From NCBI RefSeq assembly GCF_963921235.1, contig NC_086108.1, forward strand, positions 37,884,001 through 37,948,000: a stretch of DNA of 64,000 nucleotides, read 5' to 3'. This DNA is from Mobula hypostoma (taxonomy: Eukaryota). Under the pieces are notes generated by a model. The model searched no databases and was not told where the DNA came from. It saw nothing but the letters and a program-made list of their open reading frames with translations. Of this stretch, positions 1 through 14,140 are shown in pieces. Numbering within the stretch: position 1 is the first letter of the stretch; every line of letters begins with the position of its first letter. Both the position numbers and the translations under genes were made by a program.

Positions 1-481
1 TCCCCTATTTTTACAGCCTGGGTCCTGTCTGTTTCATTGCATGTTTCAATATTTCGCTATACATATTACAAATAAAGCTAATCTTTAAATCATATCCTTT
101 TCATCACATGGACTGATATTTTGTGAGGCTCAGCATTAAATTTAGTTTGGTTTCACAAACACCACACATACCAAAAAAGATGGGGTACATCTTAAATGGA
201 TTTTTTTGCATCTGTATTTTCTTGGGAGATGGACAGAATTTATAGAATTGAAGCAAAAACAGTAGTGAGGCCATGGACTGTATGTAGATTACAGAAGAGG
301 AGATGTTTACTGTCCTGAGGCACATTAGAGTCAATTCGTCCCAGGGCATGACAAGGTGCCCCATCGTACCTCACGGGAGGCTAGTGTAGAAATTACAGGG
401 GCCCTGGTAGAGGTACTTTAAGTGTTCTTTACCATTGTGAGTTGCTAAAGGACTGTAGGATAGCTAACCTGGTTTCATTCT

Positions 482-1543
482 GATAACAATCTGTGCTGAT
501 CGGTGGTAATATCTCCTCCTTACTGACGATCAACACTGGTGCACCTCTGGAGTGTGTGCTTAGCCCACTGCTCTACTCTCTCTACACCCATGACTGTGTG
601 GCTAGGCATAGCTCAAATACCATCTACAAACTTGCTGATGATACAACCATTGTTGGTGGAAGCTCAGATGGAGACAAGAGGGCGTACAGAAATGAGATAT
701 ACCAACTGGTGGAGTGGTGTCGTAGCAACAACCTTGCACTCAATATCAGTAAGACGAAAGAGCTGATTGTAGATTTCAGGAAGGGTAAGATGAAGGAACA
801 CATACCAATCCTCATAGAGGGATCACTAGTGGAGAGAGTGAGCAATTTCAAATTCCTGGAGTGTCAAGATCTCTGAGGACCTAACCTGGTCCCAACATAT
901 TGATGCTGTTATAAAGAAAGTAAGACTATACTTCATTAAGAGTCTGAAGAGATTTTGTATGTCAACAAAAACACTCAAAAACTTCTATAGATCTACCATG
1001 GACAGCATTCTGACAGGCTGCATCACTGTCTGGTATGGGGGGGGGGAGGGTGGGGGGGGGGTGCTACTGCACAGGACCTAAGGAAGCTGCAGAGGATCAT
1101 AAATTTAGTTGGCTCCATCTTGGGTACTTTGTAGGCTATTACCCAAGATGGAGCCAACATCTTCAAGAAGCTGTGTCTCAGAAAGGCTGTGTCCATTATT
1201 AAGGACCTCCAGCACCCAGGGCATGCCCTTTTCTCACGATTATCATCAGGTAGGAGGTACAGAAGTCTAAAGGCACACACTCAGCAATTCAGTAACAGCT
1301 TCTTCCCTTCTGCCATCCAAATCCAAAATGGACATTGAACCCATGAACACTACCTCAGTATTTAATATATATTATTTCTGTATTTTGCTCAATATTTAAT
1401 CTATTCAATATACATATACTGTAATTTATTTATTTATTTGTTTATTTTTCTTCTATATTATGTATTGCATTGAACCGCTGCTGTTAAAATAACAAATTTC
1501 ACGACACATGCTGGTGATAATAAACCTAATTCTGATTCTGATT
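482..1543 (+). mobile_element. Rex1/Babar-type LINE, 5'-truncated and degenerate, apparently inserted into a CR1 fragment (about 280-480, resuming at 1544)
   Basis: RT motifs TGAP.CVLSPLLYSLYTHDC and LADDTT, NISKTKELIVDFRK, 3' tail aataaacc(tgattc)n. Confidence 0.85.
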
Positions 1544-1589
1544 ATACAAGAGAAGCTCTAAGAATAAACCAAGAAATAAGAAATAAGGA

Positions 1590-2412
1590 AGCATCATTTT
1601 AAGGTGCTTGGAGTAGGTATGAGGGTGATGTCAGAGGTAAGTTGAGGGCTATGTAGTAGGATAATTATAGGCAGTTTCTAGAGTAGGTTAAATGGTACCA
1701 CAACACTGTGGGCCAAAGAGCCCGTAACATGCTGTAGATATCTATGATTCTATAATTCTTTTATACACATGTAGATTCTGTTATAAAGAGCGTTTTTGGC
1801 ACATTGTCCTTCATAAACCAAAGTACGGAGAAGGAGATGGGATGTTATGCTGAAGTTGTATAAGACATTGTGAGGCTCAATTTGGAGAGCTGTGTGCGTT
1901 TCTGGTCACCTACTTATATACCTGTAGGAAAGATATCAATAAGCTTGAAAGAGTACAGAGAAAATTTGCAAAGATATTGTTGTGACTTGAGGACCTGCAT
2001 TATAGGAAAAGATTGAATAAGTTAGCGGTGTAGGAGAAGGAAAGGAGGTTTGATGGAAGAATGCAAATTTATGAGGGCTGTAGGAAGGGTAAATGCAAGC
2101 AGCCTTATTCCACTGAGGTTGTGTAAGACTAGAACCAGAGGTCACAGGTTAAGGGTGAAAGGTTTATGGGAAACCTGAGGGAGAACTTCTTCACTCAGAA
2201 AGTGATGTGAGAGGGATCAAGCAGTTAGCAGAAGTGGTGGATGCAGGTTTGATAGCAGCATTTAAGAAAAGTTTGGGTAAGTACAGGGATGGGAGGTATA
2301 TGAAGGGTTATGGTCCAGGTTCAGGTCAATTGGACTAGGCAGAATAATAGTTTAGCATGCACTATTCAGGCCAAAGGGACTACTTTTGTGCTGTAATGTT
2401 GCATGATTCTAT
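1590..2412 (+). mobile_element. Two adjacent CR1 LINE 3'-end remnants (about 1590-1760 and 1785-2412)
   Basis: Degenerate LYKTL-RLNLE-CV-FWSP coding remnant, plus CR1 3' UTR ends gggccaaag..ctgta..(ttctatg). Confidence 0.75.
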
Positions 2413-2866
2413 TTAGTACATTGTTAAAGTTGCAACAAGTCCTAACATATTTCATAGATATATCATCAAACAAAATTTTGCTGTATATCATATGAAGAGA
2501 TGTGGTTTAAGGTTATCTTAAAGGAGGAGGGTGAGAAAAAGTTTTTGGAAAAATTCTGAAGAAGGTAGCTTGCCCTTTGAATACATATTGTCAGTGATGA
2601 AGCAATGAACCTCTGGACAATCAGTCTCAACAGGTAGGGACGAATGATGCTATGGGAAAATTCAAAAAATAAACAAAAATCACAATTTTAGCTATCACTT
2701 AACCAGGATCCAATTTAGCTCAGTAAGCTTGTAAGTAATGGGTGAATTGGCCGAGTTACGTTAGAACATGGAAAATACATATCTTTATGATTTCAGGCTT
2801 ACAGAGAATGCATTGAACAGGGTATTCAGAAATGTAGTGGAATCAAGTCCACATGTAACTAGGATA

Positions 2867-3308
2867 TATGAGGTAGAAGGAGTCAATTTTAGAAAACCTA
2901 GCACGTTTATTTTTCCGACATTTACACACTTAGTCCAGCGGTCGTGGAGCAAGTCGGCATCTTGGACCTCCAGAAAGTGGTCCACAGCAGGGGTGATTGA
3001 TAAGTTTGTGGCCTAAGGTAGAAGGAGATGAAGAAAAACTTCAAACTTCCTGCATTTTCACTCAAACAGTTGAATTGCACATGCATGTAATGAGAGCTGT
3101 ATAACTCATCTCCTTCTACCTTAGGCCACGGACTTATCAATCATCCCTGCTGTGGTCCACTTCTACAAAGAAGGGATCCATATGCTCCACGACTGCTGCA
3201 CTAAGTGTGTACATGTAGGAGGGGACTATGTTGAAAAATAAATGTGCTAGGTTTTCTAAAATTAACTCCTTCTACCTTAGGCCATGAAGTTATCAATCAC
3301 CCCTCGTA
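2867..3308. mobile_element. Mariner-like palindromic MITE with nested TIR copies
   Basis: About 160-200 bp inverted arms (2871-3031 vs 3106-3308). Right end ...tatcaatcacccctcgTA is the reverse complement of a TACGAGGGG-type mariner TIR. Confidence 0.8.
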
Positions 3309-4104
3309 GATGTGAGGTCGTGTATCAGTTAAGGTAGGATGGAATCTGGGACTATCATGCTCATGAAAAAATGGCAATCCCAGTAACAGAGCAGTTCAGA
3401 AATTTACAGTGGAATGGGAGTTCACAATGAAGGAGCAACTAAAAGCAGTTAGTTTAGTCCGGAGAGAATGATGGTAGATTTGAAGAAGAAAACAATGCTC
3501 ATGGGGAGAGAAATATAGCTAACAGGACTAGAATGAAAGCGGTTGAAAATGAAGAATAAACTGGATCAGTAATATAAACACAAGGAAGTCTGCAGATGCT
3601 GGATTTCCATAGATGCTGCCTGACCTGCTGAGTTTCCTGTGTTTTGTCTGTTGCTTTGGATCAATAATATGACAGCTTAAAGGAGAGAGGTGAGAAAGCT
3701 AGGAGCTCAGAACTAGGACAGAAGGTACCTAACTTACACAAAATTCATGTCCTTTCAGGCCTACATTGTCAACTGCTTGAGCCGTATCCTGTTTCCAAAT
3801 CTATTTATACTTGTTTTCATGTTCATTTAAGTTCTAGTGATCATATAGATGGGAAACGATTTCAAGAAGCAGTGAATGGCCTGCATGTGCTGCATACTAC
3901 TTTCTTTCACAACGTTTGAGAGTTCATTAAATGCTACTGATACTTGTAGAAAGTTGTTTAAAACAATGAAAGCAAATGTAACTGCGAAGTGCTTGCAGAT
4001 TCCATCCCAAGCTTATTTAAGTGAGACTGTCTACACTCACCAGAAATGGGGTAATATCATTGCAACCTGCATGATCTCTGAAAGGTTGCTTCATTTTTAT
4101 CTTA

Positions 4105-4380
4105 TTTTTTACTGAGATACTGCACAGAATAGGCCCTTCAAGTGACACAAACCAGCAATCCGCCAAATTAATCCTAGCTTAATCATGGGATAATTTACAA
4201 TGACTAATTAACCGACCAATTGGTACTGCCTTGGACTGCGGGAGGAAACTGGAGTACCCAGAGGAAACCCATGCAATCACGGCCAGATCGTACTAACACT
4301 TTACAGGCAACAACGGGACTTGAACCTGGGTTACCTGTGTTGTAAAGTGCTGTGCTAACCACTACGCTACCGTGCCATCT
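4105..4380 (-). mobile_element. tRNA-derived V-SINE (HE1-like)
   Basis: Minus strand A box tagcgtagtgg, B box ggttcaagtccc, V-domain gggtttcctctgggtactccagtttcctccc, CR1-like tail. Confidence 0.8.
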
Positions 4381-4764
4381 CCCAGATATAGATTCCCCAG
4401 GTTCATCTAGTTGGAGAGTCGATATGCAAGGATAAAGACTTAGAATGAAGAGTCAGCCACTTAGGACAAAGAAAACAATTCTTTATTATGAGTGGTGTTT
4501 CTTTTTTGATTGTCGAGAAGACCCTGGTTGCTCTGCATTCAATAATTTGATCAGTCGGTCAACTTTCTGAGTCAAGTGGAATCGTGGGATGTGTCAGACA
4601 CATGAAAGTTAATGGAGCTGACTGACAGCCAAGACCTTGCTGAATGACACAGGTCTGAGGAATCTCTCATTTCTTATGCTCTCAGGTGATTAATCTGAAT
4701 GAGGTCAATATTACAGAAATTTGTCAATCAATTAAACAGCAATAAGACAAGAAAAAACACTTAC

Positions 4765-4937
4765 GGGTTATCCAGAAGGAGTATTATAGGATTTAACTCT
4801 TTCTTTGGTCTGTAGTAAGCTCTAAGAGGAACAATGAAATTATACAATCCATTTCCTGCAGTTTCTGCAGAAACGATGATAAGTTTGTTCCTGAATCCAT
4901 ATGCTTTTGCATCTTCGTAGTAATTATGGTGGCACCC
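4765..4937 (-). CDS. KCNT2: KCNT2 internal exon (173 nt, phase 0 to 2), [57 protein letters not shown](P)
   Basis: ORF 4761..4964. ttctccttccag|GGG...AACCC|gtaag. The next exon was not found and presumably lies left of the window. Confidence 0.94.
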
Positions 4938-5849
4938 CTGGAAGGAGAAAAAAATGAAATTCAATTATTTATTTCCTTAAATAAGAACGTACTTCAGTTT
5001 TCCTCAATTAGTTTGCCTTCCTTGATAAAAAAAAATCCTTCATTCTTTTCCAAAAGAAGATCTCTTCCTTCTTTGAAAACTTAACATAAAGTAGAAAGAA
5101 GAAAGGAAAAGAAGGGGAACTATTACCGATGTTTGCTTGTTGGCAATTTTGATTCAGACCAAGATGTACATATATCAGAAAATCCAGGGAACTGACATCA
5201 TATCAAGATTAAGAAATGTCTACGTGCTGTGTATTTGGCATGTGTATACTGCATCCATTCTGGGGAACTTTTTCTTTAAAAAAGTCTCTGCCTGTGTCTC
5301 GTCACACTATAACACATTTACAATCTTCAAGTGCCTAAGAAATTTTGAATACTTGTTAATATATATGGAGGAGTTTGTATAAAATTAGGTTAAATAGCAT
5401 CAGTATCTGCAAGACTTTTGATGCTTTCCAATGCCACTTTCGAGAATATTGCGATAGTGTATGTGGCATAAATGCATTTAAGGTTTTATGTGTTCTCTTC
5501 CATGTAGGAATATCAGATGAAATAAGGCAATACCAAAGCAGTAAGAGGGTGCGGTATATTTATGCCAAGTAAAACTCATAGACATCGTTTCAGGGCAAAT
5601 AGGCACATGAAAATACAAAGATTTAAAAGTGCCTGAAGAACTATGAAACAAAGGATTGCTTCAATTTGTTCCTGAATTATTAACAAAGATGGTTATGGAA
5701 GAGAATTAGAATTATCATTCTTTTATACCTCAATTTTATACAAGCAGATTTCTGCCACTTTGTTAATGTCAACATAGAAAATATTTAACATAAAACATTC
5801 TTGATGCCCCATTGTATTGTAGCAATGGAAATTAAAAGGTGATAAGCAA

Positions 5850-8270
5850 TATCTCCTCACCAAACTCTGAGACATGGGCATCAACATCTCCCTTTACAAC
5901 AGGATCCTTGACTTCCCTGTTAACAAATTGTAATCTGAAATGCTAGGCAGCAACACCTCCACCACGATTATACTCAAAACTGGTACCCCACAAGGGTGCA
6001 TCACTAGTGCCCAACTCTACTCTACTCCCTATAAATTAATGACCGTACGACCGAAGTCTGCGCTAATTCCATATACAGGTTTGCAGATGATAGTGCAATG
6101 GGCCATGTACACAAATCCATGTAATGAATCAAAGTACATGATGAATATAGAAAGCTTGGTAACATGATATCATGACAACAGCTTTTCCCTCAATGTCAGC
6201 AAAACGAAAGAGCTGGACATTGTCTTCATAAAGGACAGTTGGGGTAGTACTAAACACATTCTCCTACCTTTACTAATGGTGCTGAGGTTGAGGGTTGGGA
6301 GATTTAAGCTCTTTGGAATGAAAATTGCAATATGTCTGAACTGATCCAACTACATAGACGCAACAACCAAGAAATCTCACCAATGATTCTACTTTAGAGA
6401 ATCATGATCTGATCAGGGACAGTCAGCATGGCTTTGTGACAAACAGATCATGTCTAACAAGCCTGATAGAGTTCTTTGAGGAGGTGACCAGGCATATAGA
6501 TGAGGGTAGTGCAGTGGATATGATCTATATGGATTTTAGTAAGGCATTTGACAAGGTTCCACACAGTAGACTTATTCAGAAAGTCAGAAGGCATGGGATC
6601 CAGGGAAGTTTGGCCAGGTGGGTTCAGAATTGGCTTGCCTGTAGAAGGCAGAGGGTTGTAGTGGAGGGAGTACATTCAGATTGGAGGATTGTGACTAGTA
6701 GTGTCCCACAAGGATCTGTTCTGGGACCTCTACTTTTCGTGGTTTTTATTAACGACCTGGATGTTGGGGTAGAAGGGTGGGTTGGCAAGTTTGCAGACGA
6801 CACAAAGGTTGGTGGTGTTGTGGATAGTGTAGAGGATTTCAATGATTGCAGAGAGACGTTGGTAGGATGCAGATGTGGGCTGAGAAGTGGCGGATGGAGT
6901 TCAACCCAGAGAAGTGTGAGGTGGTACACTTTGGAAGGACAAATTCCAAGACAGAGTACAAAGTAAATGGCAGGATACTTGGTAGTGTGGAGGAGTAGAG
7001 GGATCTGGGGGTACATGTCCACAGATCCCTGAAAGTTGCCTCACAGGTAGATAGGGTAGTTAAGAAAGCTTATGGGGTGTTAGCTTTCATAAGTCGAGGG
7101 ATAGAGTTTAAGAGTCGTGATGTAATGATGCCACTCTATAAAACTCTGGTTAGGCCACACTTGGAGTATTGTGTCCAGTTCTGGTTGCCTCACTATAGGA
7201 AGGATGTGGAAGCACTGGAAAGAGTACAGAGGAGATTTACCAGGATGCTGCCTGGTTTAGAGAGTATGCATTATGATCAGAGATTAAGGGAGCTAGGGTT
7301 TTACTCTTTGGAGAGAAGGAGGATGAGAGGAGACATGATAGAGGTGTACAAGATAATAAGAGGAATAGATAGAGTGGATAGCCAGTGTCTCTTCCCCAGG
7401 GCACCACTGCTCAATACAAGAGGAAATGCTTTAAGGTAAGAGGTGGGAAGTTCAAGGGGGATATTAGAGGAAGGTTTTTTTCACTCAGAGAATGGTTGGT
7501 GCGTGGCATACACTGCCTTAGTCAGTGGTGGAGGTAGATACACTAGTGAAGTTTAAGAGACTACTAGACAGGTATATGGAGGAATTTAAGGTGAGGGGTT
7601 ATATGGGAGACAAGGTTTGAGGGTCGGCACAACATTGTGGGCCGAAGGGCCTGTAATGTGCTGTACTATTCTATGTTCTATGTTCCTCAGGAGGCTAAGG
7701 ATATTTGGCATGTTCCCATCAACTCTTCCCAATTTTTATCAATGCACCATAGAGAACATCGTGTCTAGATGGATGATGGCTCGGTATGGCAACTACTCTG
7801 CTTGTGATTGCAAGAAAGCGCAGACAGTTGTGGATGTAGTTCAGGATATCATGGAAACCAACCTCCCCTCCATGGGCTCTGTCTATGTTTCCTGCTGCCT
7901 CAGTAAAGCAGGCAGCATAATCACGGAACCCTCCCATTCCAGATATTCTCTCTTCTCCCCTCACCATTCGAGCAGAAGATCCCGAAGCCAGAAAGCATGT
8001 GCCACCAGGCTCAAGGGCAACTTCTACCCTGCTTTTATGCAACTATTGAATGGCTTCCGAGCACAATACAATGAAGTCTTGAACTCATTATGATCTTCTA
8101 CTTTATTGTCTCCCTCTACTGCACTCTCTCTGTTTCTCTTGCACTTCATTCTGCATCTTGTTATTGTTTTATCTTGTATGACCTCAATGAACTGTGTAAT
8201 GATTTGATCTGCATGAACAGTATGCAAGACAAGCTTTGCAAAGTACCTCAGTACATGTAAACTAACTCTA
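5850..8270 (+). mobile_element. Old Rex1/Babar LINE fragment split by the CR1 at 6394-7684
   Basis: LKTGTPQGC and NVSKTKEL motifs before the insert. The reading resumes at ttcctcaggaggcta (FLRRL...FYQCTIENI). Confidence 0.8.
6394..7684 (+). mobile_element. CR1 LINE, 5'-truncated, relatively young (RT and 3' UTR)
   Basis: SCLTSLIEFFEE, DFSKAFDKVPH, VPQGSVLGP, FADDTK, LVRPHLEYCVQFW, tail (ttctatg)n. Confidence 0.92.
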
Positions 8271-8286
8271 ATAACTGAACTCGTAC

Positions 8287-8392
8287 CTTATCTAACCTAA
8301 GACAGCAGAATGTAACTTTTTCCCGCAGGAGATGGCACAAGGTTGGAGAACTTCCAATATAGGGTGAGTTTGGAGGGTATCCTTTAACATAC
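8287..8392 (-). CDS. KCNT2: KCNT2 internal exon (106 nt, phase 2 to 0), [35 protein letters not shown]
   Basis: Hand translation. ttgtcttag|GTAT...TAAG|gtacg. Confidence 0.93.
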
Positions 8393-9629
8393 CTAAGACA
8401 AATAAAATCAGTCATGTTAATTGTACATATTAAAATAGCTCTAAGATCATAACTATTTACTGGAGGTACATTTGACAGATGAAAAACATTAAGAATTTTG
8501 CCTAGTAATATACAGTCATATCCAACAGATGAAACTGTATGTGCAGCATAGTTTTGTACATTAAATACATTTTGAAAATGATCTGATTATGGTCTACTTT
8601 AGAGTGTATGCCCAAACAATGGTTTTAGAGCAGAGTTGAGTCAGTGAGTAATTTCCGTTAAAGAAAATTGGCATTATTTTAATAATTCAAAGTGGAAACA
8701 GCAAAGAATAATCACACATCAGGATAAGGTGGGGTACAATTGCACGAATGCTAAACAACTCACAATGAAAGACCTAGTTGCACCGAAGTGTGACAAGGAT
8801 GTGTGGCACTACAGCTATTACATGTGAATGAACAGGGGAAAGGTAAAGATATTGCAGATGTCCAGATCGTATATTATCTCCTTTGTAACAAGGCAAAAGC
8901 TGGACAGGTGCAGCCATCTTTTGACGGAAAGGGAAAAAGTCAATCGTGTACTGCATTTTTAGAAAAGGGGTTCAGATGCTATAAGACAGCATTTCAGGAA
9001 TAAGAATAAACTATTAAAGAATTACTCCCTCAGCCATTTTCACTTCTGTACAGAATCAGGATGAGGTTGTGACAAGAGAGGTGAGGATCAAATTTCTCAG
9101 GTATGCAGACCTATGTGTTTCATTTGTTGGAAGCAGCATCTTGATCAGATATTGGCAACTGCGGTGCCTGTTCTAGCATGATGAGTTGAATGGCCATATT
9201 TTGGGATTCATAATTCTAGAGTGAAGTAATAGGCCTGATTTTGATCCTGATTATGGATGTGCGACAGGATGTACCACTGTAAGGGAAATAGTTAAATGAG
9301 TCAACTTATTCATTATAATAGCATTAATATTGGAAAAAAGTCACTGCCAATCAAATCTTTTGCAACGTCCTTTGCTCATACATTTTAAGGTATGAGCTTT
9401 GTAAAAAAAAAATTCTAACTTTTTGAGTTGTTTTGCTGATACTAGAGTATTAAGTATAATTCCTTGACAACCAAGGACTAATTTGAGGTTCCTGTAACTA
9501 TATAATGTCTATGGTTGTGCTGTAATAGAATGGTTGAAAGATGACAGATGGCAATGTTTTGCTTGGGAAATAGATGCCTAAAACACGGAATCAGTCATAA
9601 TTATTGGAAGTGTGTAAATCTATAGCCGG

Positions 9630-9835
9630 TAGAGTCATAACAGCACAGAAAGAAGTCCTTTGGCACAGTTGGTACATGTCAACTATAATGTTCAGTTAAG
9701 CTAGTACCATTTGCCCATGCTTGACCCATATCCTTCTAAATCATTCCTATTCATATACATGTCCAACTGCCTTTTAGAAGTTATTCTTGTACCTGAATCA
9801 ACCATTTCCTCTGGTAGCTTATTCCAAACACATAA
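9630..9835 (-). mobile_element. CR1 3'-end remnant
   Basis: Reverse complement of the CR1 3' UTR (agagtcata..cagcacagaaa..ccttt..ggc). Confidence 0.6.
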
Positions 9836-11680
9836 GAATCTACAACTGACTCTCATGTTCCAAGAAAGGTAATGCCACAAATCTTTATCCTGCCATGAAA
9901 TATTTCAAAAGCACTGAAGAAAAAATACCCAACAATTCCACAAGCGACTAAATGAGAGAATTACTGGAAGTTTAAGACCCAGGGAAACAAATAAAAATAA
10001 GGAGGTATTTACCAAGGCAAGTGGATGAAATATGCTAATGGATAGCATACAGGTCCAAACAGAGGCAAAAGAGTGTCCTGCACCTCAGCTGTGGGTGATG
10101 CAGTGCAGAAATCGGGAATGAGCTTGAAGCCAGAAGTCAGACCATTTTCTTTGCACTAGTCATAGAGAAGGTCTGGACACTTTGTATCCTGCTCTTGAAA
10201 TTGCCATAGCTGGTACATCTAACATGTTCCCATTTATTTATTTATTTGAATTAAAAAGCTAGTATTTTAAGGTTTAAAAATAATTGTATATTTATGTTTT
10301 AATAGCAGTTACATGTGTTTTAAGCAAATCTGTTTTATTATTAATTTTATTTACTCTTGTCTAGCAGTTTCCAAGTATGATCTGCGGTTAAAGCCTCAGT
10401 CTGGCCACTGTTTTCTAGTCGCTGCTCACAGCCACTGCTCCTTACCAACGGATCACAACAGCAACACCAGCAGCTTGTTGGAAGTTGTACAACAGCAGAG
10501 AATTACTGCAGCAGGTGGGCTAGCATAGGCTACAAACAGGGTGAGGTGCATGTTGCACCCGTAAAATTCCTCAGCATGATATCTAATGAGTTATAAACTG
10601 CTAATGCCAAAAGACCTCAGAGAGTGCTTTGAAAATGCTAATATAACTATGAAATCTATGTTAACATAATCGTGAAATACCCTGTAACTAATTGTTTATG
10701 AATGTAATCCATAAATTTCTTAAACAATAGAAGAACTACAACCTTTAGTTTGAAACATTTTAGAGCTTCAACATATTCACATTGTCAATGTTTCAAGTTA
10801 CAAGACTGCTACAAATTGTAACAATAAACACAGAATGGAAGTCAGTAGCTCATTGTTAATAAACTGTCAGCCTGCTAAATACAGATGTCATCTAGTCAAA
10901 ACATCTTATTTTTTCCATTGTACCTGTCAGTTGTTTTGACTGCCAATCATCATTTAACTTGTGTTGCAAGTTGTGGCCTGTGTTTATTTGATGTGAGAAT
11001 ACCATATTCCGATTTTTTGTAAGTAATATTTCAAAAAAATCATAATGTAAGAGGAAATTTTTAATTAAAATTGTTAGACAAGGTAAAAATTTGTTTCTAT
11101 AAAATTGTATATATGATTGTGGTTGTTTTATTAATATTATAAATTTTTCAACTTGTTAGATTTTTCAAATAATATTAATTATTTTTAGTATTCTAATGAT
11201 GTCAAAAAGAAAAGCATAAGAAGAGTTAAGTACTTTGAAGAACAAAGCTTGTACAGAACTTAAGGTAGAAAGGATTTTGCAACTCATAGACGTTGAACTA
11301 TTGTATTCATATCAAAAAACAAAAATTGAAATTTCACATATATTTACATGTCAGGATAATGTCTGTGCTGTATGTTGTATGCACCCCTTGTGCAGAAGCA
11401 AAAGTTAGGGGCAACTTCAGTAATGGAAAAAAATGGGAAGGATGGAAGTTAGATAATTTAAAATGACATCTTAACCAGGGAATTCATAAAGATGCAGCTA
11501 ACAAATTATGCAACCAGAAGAAATGAAGAATTTTGCACATTAACTGAAACTCCAAAGAGCATGAAACAAGATGCCCAAAAGAATTCTAACTCTGATATGG
11601 TCAAAGTGGTAATTGATAATATTATCCTAGCAATTAAAACTAATGCTTCTATGCATTCCGTGCAAGAAATTCATGCACAT

Positions 11681-11958
11681 GGGGTGGCACGGTAGCCTAG
11701 TGGTTAGCACAACGCTTTACAGTACCAGCGACCCGGGTTCAATTCTTGCTGCTGCCTGTTAGGAGTTTGTACGTTCTCCCCATGACCACACAGGTTTCCT
11801 CCAGGAACTGTGGTTTCCTCCTACTGTCCAAAGACTTAAAAGGTTAAAAGGTCATTGTAAATTGTCCCATAATAAGGCTAGGATTAAACTGAGGGATTGC
11901 TGGGCAGTGCGGCTCAAAGGGCCAGATGGTCAACTCCATGCTGAATGACAATAAATAA
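11681..11958 (+). mobile_element. V-SINE (HE1-like) inside the hAT transposase
   Basis: A box tagcctagtgg, B box ggttcaattc, V-domain gagtttgtacgttctcccc...ggtttcctc, AT-rich tail. Confidence 0.85.
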
Positions 11959-12029
11959 CTGTGACTAAATATGAATTTGTTGAGTGCATCGGCTTTGTGT
12001 TTCAGAAACAGATAATTGAAGAATTGCTG

Positions 12030-13290
12030 ACAAGAGAAAATCTGCAGATGCTGGAAATCCAAGCAACACACACAAATTCCTGGAGGAACTCAGCAGGCCA
12101 GGCAGCATCGATGGAAAAGTGTACAGTCGATGTTTGGGCTGAGACCCTTCAGCAGGACTTGAGAAAAAGAGATGAGGAGTAGATTTAAAAGGTGTGGGAG
12201 GTGAGGGTAGAGAGAAACACAAGGTGATAGGTAAAAATCAAGAGGGGGAGGGATGAATTAAAGAGCTGGGAAGTTATTTGGTGAAAGAGCTACAAGGCTG
12301 GAGAAGGGGGAATATAATAGGAGAGGACTGAAGGCCATGGAAGAAAGAAAAGGGGGAGGAGCACCAGAGGGAGGCAATGGGCAGGTAAGGAGATAAGGTG
12401 AAAGAGGGAAAAGGAGATGGGAAATGGTGAAGGTGGGGTGGGGGGTGGGGAGGCATTACTGGAAGTTTGAGAAATCAGTGCTCATGCCATCAGGTTGGAG
12501 GCTACCCAGACAGAATATAAGGTGTTGTACTTCTAACCTGAGTAGGGCCTCATCTCAGCAGTTGAGGAGGCCATGGATAGACAACTTGCACAGATACCTG
12601 GACTATACCACTTACCACCTTGTTACTTGTAAAAATGCCATGCCCTTCTCTCAATTTCTGTCTCCACAGCACCTGCTCTCAGGATGAGGCTTTTCATTCG
12701 AGAATGAAGGAGATGACCTCCTTCTTCAAAGAAAGGGGCTCTCCTTCCTCCATCATCAACGCTGCTTTCAACCACATCTCTTCCATTTTACACACATCTG
12801 CCCTCACCCTATCCTCCTGCCACTCTCCCAAAGATAGGGTTCCTCTTGTCCTCACCTACCACCCCACCAGCCTCTGCACCAGCACATAATTCTCCATCTT
12901 CAACAGGAACCCCTCCCCCCCAACTTTGGTTTTCTGTAGCGTCCACTCCCTAAGCACCTCCCTTGTCCGTTCATCCCTCCCCACTGATCTCCCTCCTCGT
13001 ACTTAGCCTTGCAAGTGGAACAAGTGCTACACCTGCCCCTACACTTCCTCCCTCACTACCACACTACCATTCAGGGTCCTAAACTATCCTTCCAGGTGAG
13101 GTGACACTTTACCTGTTAAACTGTTGCGGTCATATACTGTGTCCGGTGCTCCCAGTGTGGCCTCTATATATCGGTGAGACCCAAAGTAGATTAGGAGACC
13201 GCTTCGCTGAGAACCTACGCTCTGTCCGCCAGAAGAAGTGGGATCTCCTAGTGGCCACGCATTTTAATTCCATTTCCCATTCCCATTCCA
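12030..13290 (+). mobile_element. Penelope-like element: inverted pseudo-LTR (about 12030-12580) plus an RT-end/GIY-YIG fragment, degenerate
   Basis: CKNAMPFSQFL, RVPLVLTYHP, LYIGETQSRLGDRFAE. Same family as the copy at 58041-60175. Confidence 0.88.
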
Positions 13291-13877
13291 ATTTAAGGTG
13301 GCTATCATGACATTTAGCCTTTACTGCTTTAGCGAGGAATTACAAAGTTTTGATCCAGTATTGCAAAGAGCAAGTTAATGAATTGGATCATCCAGTCAGC
13401 AACTAGTGCTTCAACTGTTTGACCAATCCACAATGTCCTTAGTGACGTTTTAGAAGATCTGGTATCACTTTGTAAATTCCTTCAGAAAAGCTGTTTGAAT
13501 AGAATTGAAGCACTGCACTGCAGTATGTAAAAGCAAAAATTAGTAAGTTACAGTCATAGTATCTTGGTGATCCAGCTTGTTGGAGTGACAAAGTGGAAGA
13601 TCTTCTTGCATCTATACGTTCTGACATTGATATAGAACCTATTGTTTGACTCATTCAACTTGTGTGCAATCACTTGGATAATAGATTTCCTGATGATAAT
13701 TTAGGAGAATGGCAGGCTTTTGACCCTGCTGCTATTACAAACTCAATCAATTTTGAATTTGGAAATGAAAATGTTCTACAACTGACAAAAAGAATACTCT
13801 GCTACTATGACAAACAATGATGAAAGAGTTGCCTTAGAAATACCCCAGCAATGTTGTGATGTCAAATTTATCATTTA

Positions 13878-14140
13878 AGACCATAAGACGATAAGACCAT
13901 AAGATATAGGAGCAGAAGTAGGCCATTCGGCCTATCAAGACTGCGCTGCCATTGAATCATGGGCTGATCCAATTCTTGCAGTCATCCCCACTCCCCTGCT
14001 TTCACCCCATACCCTTTGATGCCCTGGCTAATCAAGAATCTATCTATCTCTGCCTTAAATACACCCAATGACTTGGCCTCCACAGCTGCTCGTGGAAACA
14101 AATTCCACGGATTTACCACCTTCTGACTAAAGTAATTTCT
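13878..14140 (-). mobile_element. CR1 3' tail inside the hAT transposase
   Basis: (taagacca)n terminal repeat followed by taggagcagaagtaggccattcggcc, the reverse complement of the CR1 3' end. Confidence 0.85.

Noticed and set aside
104..364. 86-aa minus-strand ORF as the next KCNT2 exon
   Set aside because: No match to the expected PDxHFLxAICxFPMVYYM continuation.
11681..11770. tRNA genes here and at about 4310-4380, 16870-16950, 47715-47785 and 61195-61278
   Set aside because: The A/B boxes run straight into SINE bodies and tails, in some cases with TSDs. These are SINE heads.
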